Of a DNA stretch of 64,000 nt, positions 12,872 through 25,489 are shown piece by piece. The position numbers were made by a program, and so were the translations under genes. The notes beneath the pieces are model-generated. The model had not been told where the DNA came from, made no database searches, and worked only from the letters and a program-made list of their open reading frames with translations. The stretch comes from Antedon mediterranea (Eukaryota; Animalia; Echinodermata), in NCBI RefSeq assembly GCF_964355755.1, contig NC_092674.1, positions 18,662,001 through 18,726,000 on the forward strand. The letters run 5' to 3'. The stretch's first letter is position 1. Every line of letters starts with the position of its first letter.

Positions 12872-13643
12872 CGCCGTGGCTAAAGATACGGTACCGTATT
12901 CTAACTTCTGTTTACTAAAGGTACGGTAAAATTGCATTACGTCATAACCAGCCAATGGGGTGCTGGTACGTGTGTGACGTCATCGTATAAGGACTTTGGA
13001 TTTTTTTCATATCGCGAAAACAGTGATCAACCGCATTTTCTTTATGTTTCATTTATCGCTATTATCGCCGTCGTGTGTGACAAAAACTAAATGTAGCCTA
13101 CGTCTGTTATTATTATTGAAAAGCCAAAACATGTTGATTTTAATTCTAGAATACAGAAAACCGTTTCAAAAGAGGCCTAGGCCTACTTACTACGTACTAT
13201 AACCTCATATATGAGTTTGTTTGTGTTAGAAAGCGATGCCAGGCTGGGGCCAGCTGCATGTGTGCGCTGATTTCTGTGACTCAGCCCTGGGGCTACTGTC
13301 TAAAAATCATAGTATTTGAGGGCCCCTTTATTGTCCGCATTTGCTTGTTGTTTATGGTCACCATTGTAAACAAAGTTTAATAAAAAATATAGGCCTAAAG
13401 GCCATTTGGAATAAAAATAAAACCCTCCGATCAGCGCACACACATCCATGCAGCATGGCGCCGCCGACAGGAATTGTCTACATACAAGTACAACAGACGC
13501 GATATGAAAAAAAATCAAAAGTCCTTATACGATGACGTCACACACGTACCAGCACCCCATTGGCTGATTATGACGTAATGCAATTTTACCGTACCTTTAG
13601 TAAACAGAAGTTAGAATACGGTACCGTATCTTTAGCCACAGCG
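12872..13643. mobile_element. MULE-like MITE with ~130-bp TIRs and 9-bp TSD
   Basis: TIRs CGCCGTGGCTAAAGATACGGTACCG.. / ..CGGTACCGTATCTTTAGCCACAGCG. TSD ATAAATTTA at 12863-12871 and 13644-13652. Nested within an older GGGACGATTCGG/CCGAATCGTC-repeat element (~12430-13706). Confidence 0.85.
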
Positions 13644-13899
13644 ATAAATTTAAGTGTGCCGAATCGTCTCAGGGCCGAATCGTCCTAGGGCCGAATCGTC
13701 CCGCTACTGAATGAATCGTCAATATGGTTGCTCAATGTGTTTATGCCATATCACTGAGGCCTTATTAAAGGCAGTTACTACTTTTTACCGTTGTACACTG
13801 TTGTAAAACACGATGAAACAGGCCTACAATTAAGTATTTAAAATAATTTAATACTGCAGTGTTGCAACAAGTTTCAATAATACAAAGCAGCGGTCGTCT

Positions 13900-14095
13900 G
13901 GTGGATGGGCGGACCTAAGCACGCTTTTAGTGAATTGTGATTGGTCCAGGCTGGTTTCTAAGAACAACCAAAGATACATTATAAGCTTGCTAAGACCAAC
14001 TACACTTCCGGGGGAGAAGGTAAACTTTGTAGATTTGGCCGGTACTGTACTCAACTTGATGTTTCCATGTTCGAAGTAAGCACGGCAACGGTAGC
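13900..14095 (+). promoter_or_regulatory. Putative promoter/first non-coding exon of the LRR gene
   Basis: GC box 13907-13912, ATTGG 13940-13944, ETS-like ACTTCCGG 14004-14011, X-box-like GTAAGCACGGCAAC 14076-14089. Candidate donors at 14020 and 14076. The ATG exon begins at an acceptor (16505), so an upstream exon is expected. Confidence 0.45.
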
Positions 14096-14377
14096 CTACA
14101 GATCCTATTTAATAACTAACATTGTAATATATTACTACCCTATAAAGAGGTTATATTTATAAGCACAACATGGCAGTAAGTATTACATCATAAAGGCACC
14201 TTATTACAAGATTGTCACGACAGGCCCAGGGTGACATTCAATTCATTTTTCAACTCACCATTGCCGATTTTTATTGAGTACAATCATAGAGATGGTGTAC
14301 AATGTGTTAAGTAAGGCATATACATTGCAGAGGGATCTTAGCAATGTAAACATCAGCTGAAACAGAAAATTACCATA

Positions 14378-14836
14378 CCGTAAATCTTCTAATTGTAACC
14401 CTGGGTTATTATCCTTTGATTCTTTTTTAGGGTGGGTTACTATTAGAAGGGTTAGTTTAGTTACTATTAGAAGGGGGTTACTATTAGAGTAGTGGGTTAA
14501 TATTACTAATCTTAAATTAGGCACCTGAAAATAGTGCCCACCTCCAACTTTTCCGGTCAGTAACTCATAGCAAAATAATGAAACAGTACGAATAACAAAT
14601 TTGGTTGAACTCTAACTTTATTTTATAAACTCAAAAACACCCAATCCTCCCCAACTCCCGAGATCAACATGCATTATCTCCTTATTTTCAAAATACGGCT
14701 GCATCATACTATATATTAACCCCATGGTTACTATTAGATTAGTGGGTTATTATTATAGATTGACTTATAAGGTGTGTAATTACTATTAGAAGGGGGGTTA
14801 CTATTAGAGTGTGGGTTACTATTAGAAGATTTACTG
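14378..14836. mobile_element. MITE (pogo/Tigger-like), TA-flanked
   Basis: TIRs CCGTAAATCTTCTAAT / ATTAGAAGATTTACTG and internal GGGTTACTATTAGA repeats. Partial inverted copy at 58910-59199. Confidence 0.75.
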
Positions 14837-16554
14837 TATTCAATGTCATATACCATTTAACGGCGCTGCAAATTAGTTGCTTTCCAAATTTAAAACTGGA
14901 AAAAGACGAAGGGTTGGGATTGACCTAGACTTTCCCAAAGTCAGGTCGGCCACACATTACGTCGCCCCCCCCCCCCCCAACACAATAAAAGGAAATATGT
15001 ATGGAACGCCATATATACATGCTAGTAGAGTGTCGTCTCATTTTTGTATTTAGACATTAATAAATGTTGATTTAATCATTAAAGTGCTGGAATGCTATTA
15101 AGTTTTTACTTATGTATGAATCAGAAGATGTAGGTTTATAGACGGTTTTGCATCAGGATCATTACGAAGAAGCCTATAAAGTAATTTAACGTAGGACGAT
15201 TTTGGGATATTCTTTACTTTAAAAATCAATGCTGACGATGTTTCATAAACTGAAAAAATATCATGACGTTGTTGTAGGTAATTACCGGTAATTAGAAATA
15301 ACAATAACAAAACTGCCATAACAAATTTAAAAAATGCTTTTGTGTGATTTCGCCCCGTTCCAGAGTGGAAATCACCCGGGATCTTGGGTACAACATAAAA
15401 CAAATTGTAAATGGTGCAGATTAAAATCGTTATCTTAACATGTCATTATAATAACATATATGTAAGCAGGGACGATTTTTCAGTCGATTTTAATTATTGG
15501 CGTTTATATTTAAGAGATTATTGCTAACATTTATTATTTAATCATGGTAAATATATAATGTACTATGCCTAAAAAAAATTGTATTTTTAAAAACACATAG
15601 AATATTGCCAGTAACCTTACAATACTAGGCCTAGTATTAAAAGTACATTGATATTACTCAAACTAATATTTCCTAATTTTTGTAACATAAATACATTTTA
15701 AAAAAAACGCACAAAATGCCCCCCCCCCCCCACCTTCCCGTTACACAATGCTGGATTCGCCGGTTGCCGTCCGTCTCAGGCTCCCACTATCAATTTTGTT
15801 TTCATGGACTTTGAAAAAGGTTTTTTTTTCAATATAGATGCCATGTACGAGCATATCTGCCTAAATTTTTAAAAAATGTACCTACTTTTACTTCAAAACA
15901 ATTTAATTTGTTTCAATTCTACATCCAACAGCCATGGCACACAATCGGTAAAGAGACCATACACACACAACCTAATTTTCATTACATTTTTTAGTCTTGC
16001 ATAAAATTGACCAGATTTTTATCCCTGTAAAGGATTTAAATTGCTCAAGAAAGCCACAGCCCCCACACTTCCTCAAAACCATTCTAGATTTTCCCCCTGC
16101 TTTTTTTAATAGCCCGGATTGGCTCTGTGGTTAACTGTAACATAACATAAATTCTACCTGTGTCCCGAAGGGCAACCTAAAGTCTCCATAAATCACAATC
16201 TAAGTTTTTATATTTAAAAAAATTTTCTTTTGATTTTAAATATACTGTAATAGTATTGCAGGGGTGGGGTAGGGGATTACTGGAGTGGGGGTGGAAATGT
16301 CATTTAATGGAAGCGTCAGAAAAAGCAGCCACTTGCGTATAAAGTCTGTAGTGCAATCATTATTTACGATAAAATTGTTATAACTGGTGCCATCATCAGT
16401 TTGACATAGCACTTAGCACCGGGACTTAGCATCACAACAGCCATGTGTTAACACTGTAATCTACTTTAAACACTGTTTAATGTACTTTAATCAAAATCTG
16501 TCTAGGTGTTAATGGTGAGAAACTAACAGGAAAAGTAACAAAAACAATCACGTC

Positions 16555-16743
16555 ATGGCACCAAAAAAAGGCAAAGGGAAGAAGAAAAAGAAACTGAAGG
16601 GAATGCTGGAACATCCTGGTGACTTAGTAAAAAAACTACAACGAATTTATATAAACAACTGTAAAGAAAAGAGAAGTGCAATATGTCCAGGAATAAAATC
16701 ATTCATGAAGTCTTGTGCAGAAGATGATAAACTCATTGTGAGG
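16555..16743 (+). CDS. LRR gene coding exon 1 (MAPKKGKGKKKKK...LIVR)
   Basis: ATG in good context; donor AGG|GTAAGA, phase 0. Confidence 0.85.
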
Positions 16744-19700
16744 GTAAGATTAGATCAATTTTACTACATTCTATGTCTCCATGCTGGAATATCAAATAGT
16801 TTAACATTTGTATAGCATATTTCTATAATAAAATCTTAAGTTTGAACAGCAGCACGTCAATTTATATTACATTGGGTTTTTTTTAAGATTAATAAAAAGA
16901 CTTTAAATAGGCCATTTTGTAGTGTTAATAAAGTTATAATAACTAGATTTGAACTTAACACCTTAACAGGTTTGGGTTATCTCAAACTCAACATGCACGT
17001 ACGTTAGAAATTATTTATTAAGCCATCATGTGACATTAAGTATGTTCACAGTGCTGAATTGTGTTTATTTTGTGTCATACACACGTATTCTTAAACCAAA
17101 CTTTAGTTGTAGTTCAAACTTCAACTTTAAAAAGTTCGAGCTATTACTTTAAATTCGATTCATAATAAGAAGAAGTAGAAGTTTGCATTTTGTAATCCCT
17201 TTGACTTCTATTGGCCGTACCAGTTGTTTTTAAACAAGCTGTGAAAATAACAAACAAATTATTATTTACACCTTGAATAATACATGGTTTTGTTAGGCAG
17301 ACTGAAAATATACTTAAGTTAATATGTTGCTATTTGAAAATATGGATGTATGTTCAGTAAAACTTGACAGGTAATGGCACATTATAATCTCACTTGTGAA
17401 TACACTAAAGTATTTTAATACTAAAGTATTTTAATATACATATTTAAACTTTTAATACAATATGTCAGCAATTAAAAATATGTCAACTACTTTACAATGT
17501 TAATTTGTTCCACTAAAATGAGAATGGCATGGATGATGTTTTGTCATATTTAAGACTGCCTTTTTTGTTTATATACTTCATAAAAAAAATAGTTTATCCT
17601 TCAACCAATATCTGGCTGGGAAGATGCTGAGATGTCAAATGTAAAGTTGGAACCATTATTACTGTCAATCCGTCATGAACGCTACAAGTGGATAAAAGAA
17701 CTGCACATTTGGGATATTCCACTAATTTACCAAGATGTTGCTAATCTTGTAAGTGTAAATTAATTATAAATCCAAAGGCAAATTACTGAAAAAAATGACA
17801 ATGTTGTAGGTATCAGTGGCTTTTAGGATACAGATAAACTCAATGAACATACTGAATTGGATCTTACAGTTTATATATTTGTTCTGTTTTTCTTTCAAGG
17901 CACTGACACTAGAGAAAGGTTCATATCCAATTCACAGACTTGAATTTTTTAACTGTGATATTCAGCCATATGCGTTGCAGAGATTACTACGGTAAGTTTG
18001 TGTATCCTGTTTTTTGTAAGGGTGTGTGGACGTTTCTATATGTGTTTGACTGAGGTAATAATGTAAGTGCTTTGAGGCTCTCTAAACACTATATACGACG
18101 TATATTGATACTGTATGTTGTTTTTTTTTTTGTGTTATATAAACCTAACAAAAAAAAACATTGTTATACAGAATGTATTGTATCATTATAAATGTAATAT
18201 ATTTATATATTAAAATATGTTTGAGGCAGTTTAAGCATTTTTTTTATCTACCCTGCCTATGCAGCTCTTTGATTTATATATTAATATACTGTATATATAT
18301 ATATATGACACTTGTGTGGGTATCAGTGGCTGGATCACAATGGAAATACCAAATAAAATAAGCAACAAGGTAAATCAAAACACAAAATGGACAAATGGTA
18401 ATGACAGTGGCGTAACGCAGGGGTCGAAGGTTACAGTTCAGATTTAAACAAACAAAGGAATTAAAATACGTTTACAATAAAAAAGTAAGTGATATAACAA
18501 TGTGTTGATTATGAATAAAATTTATAATCATAATATACTAGCAATTATACCCGCCCTAGGATTTACCATATACCATTTTACAGAATTGCCACCGCAAAGT
18601 AAGCCAACTGAACAGACATGCGAGGCTCTATCCTGTGACATTGCGATATATTCGCTGCTTGCGTGAGATGTAACTGCCCTTTATGTTTTGACGTGTTATG
18701 TTCAGATGTGTACACTGCACAAGAATCTAAACACAGTATCAGATCAGATTCCTGGTAAAACAAACGATGACGAAGTAACAGATATGGATCTGCTCCAATC
18801 CCACCACCAAAGAACACAACGTTGGCTAAGAATAAAAAAGTTAAAGAAAAAATAAATTCTGAAGAGGCCTATTTTTCAGAAAAGTCAAACAAATTGTAGC
18901 CCGTAAGTTCATACAATGACCACAATGTGATTCTACTTACTGCCGACAGCGAGAACGGCTTTCCAAATATTTAATCACTGAAAAGGTCAAATCAATGCAT
19001 GATTATGGAAGAAAGAAAGTTACCCGGAGGTACAACTTAGACATCCTCTTGGTCGCATTATATTTTTGAATACAATTAGTTTTTCAGAGAGACAGACTCA
19101 TTGTGTAGTTGGCAGAGAAAATCAAGGAGGTCGTCCAACAAGTGCGTGACCATGCACATGAGCATATTAATCGATTCCCGAAAGTAGAGTCTCACTATTG
19201 CTGACAAAATTCCCAGTGCCAGTACCTATCAACAAGATGTTTAGTCTGTTTCTGAAAGAGAGTCCGAATATTGATATTCATGGTTACGTATGGATCTAAA
19301 ATTCCATCGTCCGATGAAGGACATGTGTGGGCTCTGTGAAACTTTTCATAGTGGATCCTCGACAAAACGACAAGAAGTTCAAGAATCTTTCAGCAAACAT
19401 AATGTCGAAAAAGAAAATGTGCGTTAAATTAAGTCGGAGATGAAGAACTTCGTTGCGGATAACTAATTACCTCATTACTTATAAAAATTAATAAATGTGA
19501 TTGTAGGATTGTAATTTGTAAACATAGTATAGTATGCCTACAGTATATGGCAACTGTTTTTTCAATGACTTTTGCACTTTAAGGAAATAAATAACTTGTT
19601 CCTCACCATTTTGTATTCATTGCAGTATCAATATCAAATATATCAATAGTCAAACTTCACATCACAGTGTATAAAGCGTTATATTTTGATGACAAAAATC

Positions 19701-22700
19701 TTCACACGAACTGACGAATAGGTAAATTATTCAATTACTCACTGATTAGTAACTATTATCAATATTTTTTTTAATGCAAACATACACATATTCATAAACA
19801 TACACATATTCTTCGAATGATGAGCAAAAATCCGATATTAAGTCTTCTGTTTTTGCTATACTAATTTAAAAATTGCTATTTTTTCAATTGCGTTTTTCTC
19901 GAAAGTGCTATATTCGCCGGTTCGTGTGACGAGTGACAAATTGCGGTCAGTTTGATACCCCAAATTGTAATTCAACAACTTTAGCATCTTAATAAGAGGG
20001 CGATACCTTGCTGATAGGCATGGTTTAAGTACTTTGCAAACTATGTAAATGAATAGGTGTCATATTGTCTAAGGAATAAAATATTGTTGTTGTACTTTTA
20101 TAGTACCTCCAAATTCCAGTATACACCCTTCCTCCTCCCAACACACCCTGTTCTTGGGGATGTGTTTAAGATGTGTGTTAATCCATTATTCCCAACTGAT
20201 AATCCCTCAGTGACAGTTTTCAAACGTAGTTTGTACATTCTCTCAGTACAGTTTCAGTCATGTTGTACGATCCCTCCCCAAACTCCCATCCCCTTCCCAG
20301 AGATAATTAAAATACTTTAATAATGTTCTACTACAATTCTGGTCAATTTGATAGCTTACTATCCCTAGCCCAAGCAGAAATCCCCACCATCCTCTCAAAT
20401 ACCCTAAAAAACTCGGACTCGGGGAATTTTTGAAATGTAGTTTAAAACCTTTCCAGTACAATTGCGGCTTTCCAGTACAATTGCGGTCATTTTTATATCC
20501 CGTATCAATGGGTAATGATACATATATACAATAATTATACATTACTGTATTCAAATTATTAACACACAAAAAAGACAAATAAGGTTTATCAGAATCTATT
20601 TATAAAATATAAAAGATAATCTATATTTGTTCCATGATGGGATTCAATCTTGGTACTGAAAATACTATAGCCGGTATTACTGCACAGCATTAATTATGAT
20701 AGCTGGTTGTGAAGATATATTTTTATTGCGCACCATAAAAAGCTTAGAGCGAGTCCTGGCCACAAGGATCTTAAAAATTGATGTAGCTAACTGAAATTGA
20801 TTTCAAGATAATTGACAGAAAACAATGCTAAGGAAAGAATAAATAAAGAAATGAAAATTCTTAAAAAATCAATAGGGTTATATTGCATGATAATGCATGT
20901 TTAATCAGTGTGCTAGTTCCATATGCTATTGTTGTCATGTGTAATTAAAACAAAGTTATGGAAACCAATAAAAATGGTCTAGACTATAAGAACAATATCT
21001 ATTTACATTTTATACTCTTTTTTTAGAAATGCCAACTCATTTATAACACAACTGACAGTTCTTAGTTTAGACAACAATGAGTAAGTTATGTTCTAAAACA
21101 TCATTTTATTTTTGTAGGCTTATATATCTTTTGAAAAAAAATGCCCTTACAGCAGAGAATTATGCAAGCCTAATGGTGCTCATCATGCTTTATATCCTTT
21201 CTAGAAATAAAATGTTTTCTTATTAGCATATATTCTATTATTATTAATCTCGTATACTAAATTCATTAAAGTCATTCATTATCTTAGTCCTGTAGATTAA
21301 ATTGTTTTTTAATTCACCTGAAGCTTTTTGTGTTGGCCACACGAAACTTGTAGTGATTTTTATTGTATCAAGCTCTACCTTTGTTTACACACCACAGTAC
21401 CTAGGTGATCTGAAATAATTACACTTAATAATTTCAGATTTGGTGACGAAGGTGTAAGAGGTCTTTGCAAAGGACTAAAAAACAATAAAAGTCTGTTAAG
21501 TCTAAGCTTATGTTATTGTGACCTGGGTGTGGAAAGTGGCAGTATGCTTGGAGAAGTTGTGTCATCAACAGCGATAAGGTATCTAGCAGTAGACACAGGT
21601 TGGGTCTTGTAAAAGGCATTTAACTAGTAACTGGTCTTATCTATATTAAAATATTTATGTCTTGCAATTAGATTCAAAATGTTCAATTGATTCTTCCATA
21701 TGTCATTGTTGTTCTATTTACATTATCTCTTTGCTCTACCAACTTGATTCCCCTAATCTAGAAATTATAAATATATGTTTTTATACATTGTATAAAATTA
21801 CGAAATTTTTCTATTATCAGAGATATATTTTTGAATGGCAACAACTTGCAGACAGAAGGTGCTATTGAATTGATTGTTCTATTGGCTGATCATGCTGAAG
21901 TTGAATCTTTGAATCGTGTAGAGAAAGCAGAAAGAAATGCAGAAGAAGAAGCACAAGCGGCTTTATTAGGTACCACCTAATTTTGTTATTGAAAAGGTTG
22001 CCTGCATAGTATTGATTTTGGTCCTATTTATTTCCATACCCAACTTTATTTTAGCTATGATTTATATTATATGCATTTTTGTTAGGCGAGTGGATTAGGT
22101 TCCGTAATGCAATGTGTAAATATTTATTTATGTGGCTTTTTTTACAAATGTTTGTTATGTTTTTCGTTATTTAATACCCTTTGCATTTGTTTCACATAAT
22201 CCATCTTAAGCTTTTAGGCCTATTAATGATGGGCACAATGATATTCAACTACATCATTATTTCCAGTTGTGTACCTCAAAGCTTTATATTCGAGAACCAT
22301 ACGTAGGCATGCACTGGAGGGTACACGAGCGAAGCGTTCTGTCTTGTTATACAGTATTCATTCTATTAGGTAATAAAATAATTTTAACTAATAGATCCTC
22401 CCTATTCCAATTCTTATATTTGCAAATTTTCAGCTAAAGAAAATGAACGTGTTCAAACAGCAATGTCAAGTAACTCAAAACCAGCTTCAGGAAAGACTAA
22501 AAGAAGTTTACAAGGAAAAAAGAAGAAAAGACGTAAATTTAAAGACAATTACCTTGCAATTTAAAAAATAATGCATACATATTACTTTTAAAACATTAAA
22601 CAAAGTCATTCCCAGTATTTTCACTGAAAAGTTGCGGTTCTTCCCTTTGTTTTGCTTTTACGATCAATCGAAAGTGGGTGCATCACAGTAGCAAAATGAA

Positions 22701-25489
22701 AATATCAATCCATGCACAGTGCATGCTGGTATTTATAGCGGGTATTTAAAGACGAAAAAGTTTATTGCAGTAGGCCCATATAGTATTTATTTTTACATAA
22801 AATGCAGTTGTGACTATAAATTAGATTTAAAAATGTAGGGAAAGTGTCTTGTGTTATTTTCAACACGATAGTTTATTTGTTCAAATGTTTAATAATGTAA
22901 CAGCACACGGGTTCAACAAAATAGCAAATTTATAGCATATATATATATATATATATATATACCAAAAACATCATTCACAAAGCTATTATAGAAAGCAACT
23001 AAAAATTGAATTGAAAATGATTCCTTTTATCTTCTGTAGGGAAAAAGAAATCAAAAGGAGTAGCAGGACCACCACCAGTGGGTCCAATCATCCACAAACT
23101 TCACCTAGCAGATAATGGTATTGATTGCTATGGGAAAGGTTCAACGTATGGACCAGTAATTGCTATGAGACTCTTTCGAAGGTAAAAAGAAATAAATATA
23201 TGTAGCACTGAATTTGTGCGCAGGACTATACATAGTAAATGCCAGAGTGTTGAAGGAGTACAGTTCCAACTTAGACATCAGTATTTTGAAAAAAAGTACA
23301 CTAGTATGTTTTTGCTTTCTGCCATGCAAAAATAGATGGACTATATTTAAATTCCTCTAACAGTTCAATGAATACAATATTGTATTAATTACTTATTGTT
23401 GCTTGATCGTAATAGTTTAGGATTGCACGTTTAACAATGACAATGATGATTACATGTTAGATTGATACAGCATTCAGATTGTCTTAAGGAGCTTGATTTG
23501 GATGACAATCATATAGGAGACTTAGGAGGAAGACAAGTTATGGAAGGATTGCAGCAACGAGCAGCTTCAGGTCTACCTAGTATGAAAGTGAGCATTACAC
23601 ATATGATCAATGGGGATACCTTTAGCAGCATAATGAAACTAGGTGCTGGATTAAAAAAGAAAAAGAAAAGCAAGAAGGTATGTTGAACCCACAAATGTGA
23701 AAACGCCCACAAATGTGAAAACAACCACAAATGTGAAAACGTATCACCACAAATGTGAAAACAACCACAAATGTGAAAACGCATCACCCACAAATGTGAA
23801 AACAACCACAATTGTAAAAACGCATCACCCACAAATGTGAAAACAGCGCCCACAAATGTGAAAAAAAGAGAGATCTTGTCGCCCACAAATGTAAAAAAGA
23901 ATCCAAATCAAAATTAGTGCTAGACCCAAACAATTTTGATCGAGTTAATGTTAATGTATATACATTGTATTGAGTTGTTTCAATAATTGTGTGTTCACGA
24001 TACGTCTGTTAGGGTCGTCGTTAACGCGTTGGATTATTACAATTTACTGCTCGTGCGCGCGATATTTGCATGTTAACTCGTTGGTGGTTTAATGTACGTA
24101 TAGTTCAAGACGATATTTGCTGCGCGCATGCACGATACTTCCTTCCAGATCAAAGCCATGTTATATCATTGTTGCTTGTAGTTGTGTAGTTGTTAACTGG
24201 TTGACTTACTATTATGTACGTATAGTTCCAAGTCGATGCAAAAAACATCGAACATGGTAATATTCCAACGCGTTAATGACGACCCTAACAGACGTATCGT
24301 GAACACACAATTATTGAAACAACTCAATACACATGATATAATGTATTAACTTGATCAAGTAATTCCTATAATGAAATGAACTTGATCAAACTTGTTTGAG
24401 TCTAGCACTAAATTTGATTAGATTTTTTTTTTACATTTGTGGGCGCTGTTTTATTACATTTGTGGGTGATGCGTTTTCACAATTGTGGTTGTTTTCACAT
24501 TTGTGGGTGATGCGTTTTCACATTTGTGGTTGTTTTCACATTTGTGGGCGTTTTCACATTTGTGGGTTCAACAAGGTATGGTTGTAATAATTAATCAAAG
24601 ACAACATTATTTAAGAAGAACCAGCAAACACTGAATTTTAAATCAGTTTATTATCGTTTGGTTTTATGATGATGGGTTTTATGATTATTACATCTTATCA
24701 GATCTTTGTGCACAATTTGTTTGCCATAAGTTCAACTGAGTGTGCTTCATAAAACAGTGTAAGAATATGAATATATACATATTCCTTTTGAATGGATGAA
24801 AAGTGAACCGTGAACAAATTGTACTAACTAGAAACTTTAAAAAGTGATTGTGCAAAAGGTTTTCCATCTGATATGTGTATTCAAGCCTGTTTTCCAGTCA
24901 ACGTTATTTGACGCTATCGTTAACAATAATCAGAGACCTTCTATGTAAAGATTGCAATTTTAACATCTTGGCGATACAGTACATGACATCAGATAATTGA
25001 TGGAAAAATCCCGCTGACATTTATTTTTGTTGCATCGCGGCGTGGTCAAAGCTAGGCCTAGCCCAAGTGAATATAAAATGATGTTCCGGAAAGTAAGCGT
25101 GGTATTAGGTAGGTCTAAATTTTCAGCCTAGTCCAAAATGCTATTTAGGCTACTGTAGGCATACTGAGAATAGTAGTAGACTAGGCCCACGTCTTCTACA
25201 CGGTGAGCCTACTAGTAGAGGCAGGGGAGTAAATTTTTTCGCATTACGACGACGTCGAGGAAGAAGACAGGAGTTTCAACTCTCATGTTCAATGCTAGAA
25301 ATCAAATGTTCGCGCTGTTGTTATCATTTCAACTTGATAGTTTTCAAACAATCGTCATTGAACTTTTAACGATCAACGCCGACTTGAAAACAGGCTTTGT
25401 GTGCTCATGTGAAAGAAATTAATGAGTGCATTGAAAACAGCCACAAATAATATTGACTAAAAACACTTTATTTTCAGAAAAAGAAGTAA
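16555..25489 (+). CDS. Multi-exon gene: RNI-like leucine-rich-repeat protein with Lys-rich N-terminal, central and C-terminal tracts (~416 aa)
   Basis: join(16555..16743,17593..17748,17900..17991,21027..21080,21438..21578,21821..21969,22434..22532,23040..23181,23461..23677,25478..25489). All introns are GT-AG with consistent phases; total 1251 nt. LRR motifs: LTVLSLDNNEFGDEG, LLSLSLCYCDLG, IFLNGNNLQTEG, LHLADNGID, LKELDLDDNHIGDLG. Confidence 0.85.
17593..17748 (+). CDS. LRR gene coding exon 2 (FILQP...VANL)
   Basis: A-rich acceptor AATAG, 52 open codons, donor GTAAGT. Confidence 0.8.
17900..17991 (+). CDS. LRR gene coding exon 3 (ALTLEKG...RLL)
   Basis: Polypyrimidine-AAG acceptor; donor CG|GTAAGT, phase 2. 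Confidence 0.85.
18700..19940 (+). mobile_element. Decayed Sola1-like transposase relic in LRR intron
   Basis: Motifs HINRFPKVESHYC* (~19163-19204) and KFHRPMKDMCGLC (~19298-19337) resemble Sola1 transposases. TIR-like end GGTTCGTGTGACGAGTGAC at ~19919-19937; left end not found. Confidence 0.55.
21027..21080 (+). CDS. LRR gene coding exon 4 (NANSF...LDNN)
   Basis: TTTTTTAG acceptor, GTAAGT donor, phase 2-2. Confidence 0.85.
21438..21578 (+). CDS. LRR gene coding exon 5 (FGDEGVRGL...STAI)
   Basis: TTTCAG acceptor, AG|GTATCT donor, LRR motif. Confidence 0.9.
21821..21969 (+). CDS. LRR gene coding exon 6 (DIFLNGNN...AALL)
   Basis: ATCAG acceptor, G|GTACCA donor, phase 2-1. Confidence 0.85.
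22434..22532 (+). CDS. LRR gene coding exon 7 (KENERV...KKKKR)
   Basis: TTTTCAG acceptor, C|GTAAAT donor, phase 1-1. Confidence 0.75.
23040..23181 (+). CDS. LRR gene coding exon 8 (KKKSKG...RLFR)
   Basis: CTTCTGTAG acceptor, AG|GTAAAA donor. Confidence 0.85.
23461..23677 (+). CDS. LRR gene coding exon 9 (LIQHSDCLKELDL...KSKK)
   Basis: TTAG acceptor, AAG|GTATGT donor, LRR motif. Confidence 0.9.
23681..24573. mobile_element. Foldback non-autonomous element with TGTTG..CAACA termini and 5-bp TSD (Ginger/TDD-like)
   Basis: TIRs TGTTGAACCCACAAATGTGAAAACG / CGTTTTCACATTTGTGGGTTCAACA. TSD AGGTA at 23676-23680 and 24574-24578. Subterminal arrays of CCACAAATGTGAAAAC; inverted arms extend several hundred bp. 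Confidence 0.85.
24884..25396. mobile_element. MITE, possibly PIF/Harbinger-like
   Basis: TIRs AGCCTGTTTTCCAGTC / GACTTGAAAACAGGCT; TSD not clean. Confidence 0.5.
25478..25489 (+). CDS. LRR gene terminal coding exon (KKK*)
   Basis: TTTATTTTCAG acceptor then AAA AAG AAG TAA, matching the phase-0 donor at 23678. Confidence 0.7.
   Translation, partial: KKK

Noticed and set aside
23509-24587. ORFs with repeated FSHLW / FHICG motifs
   Set aside because: They are translations of the subterminal repeats of the foldback element.
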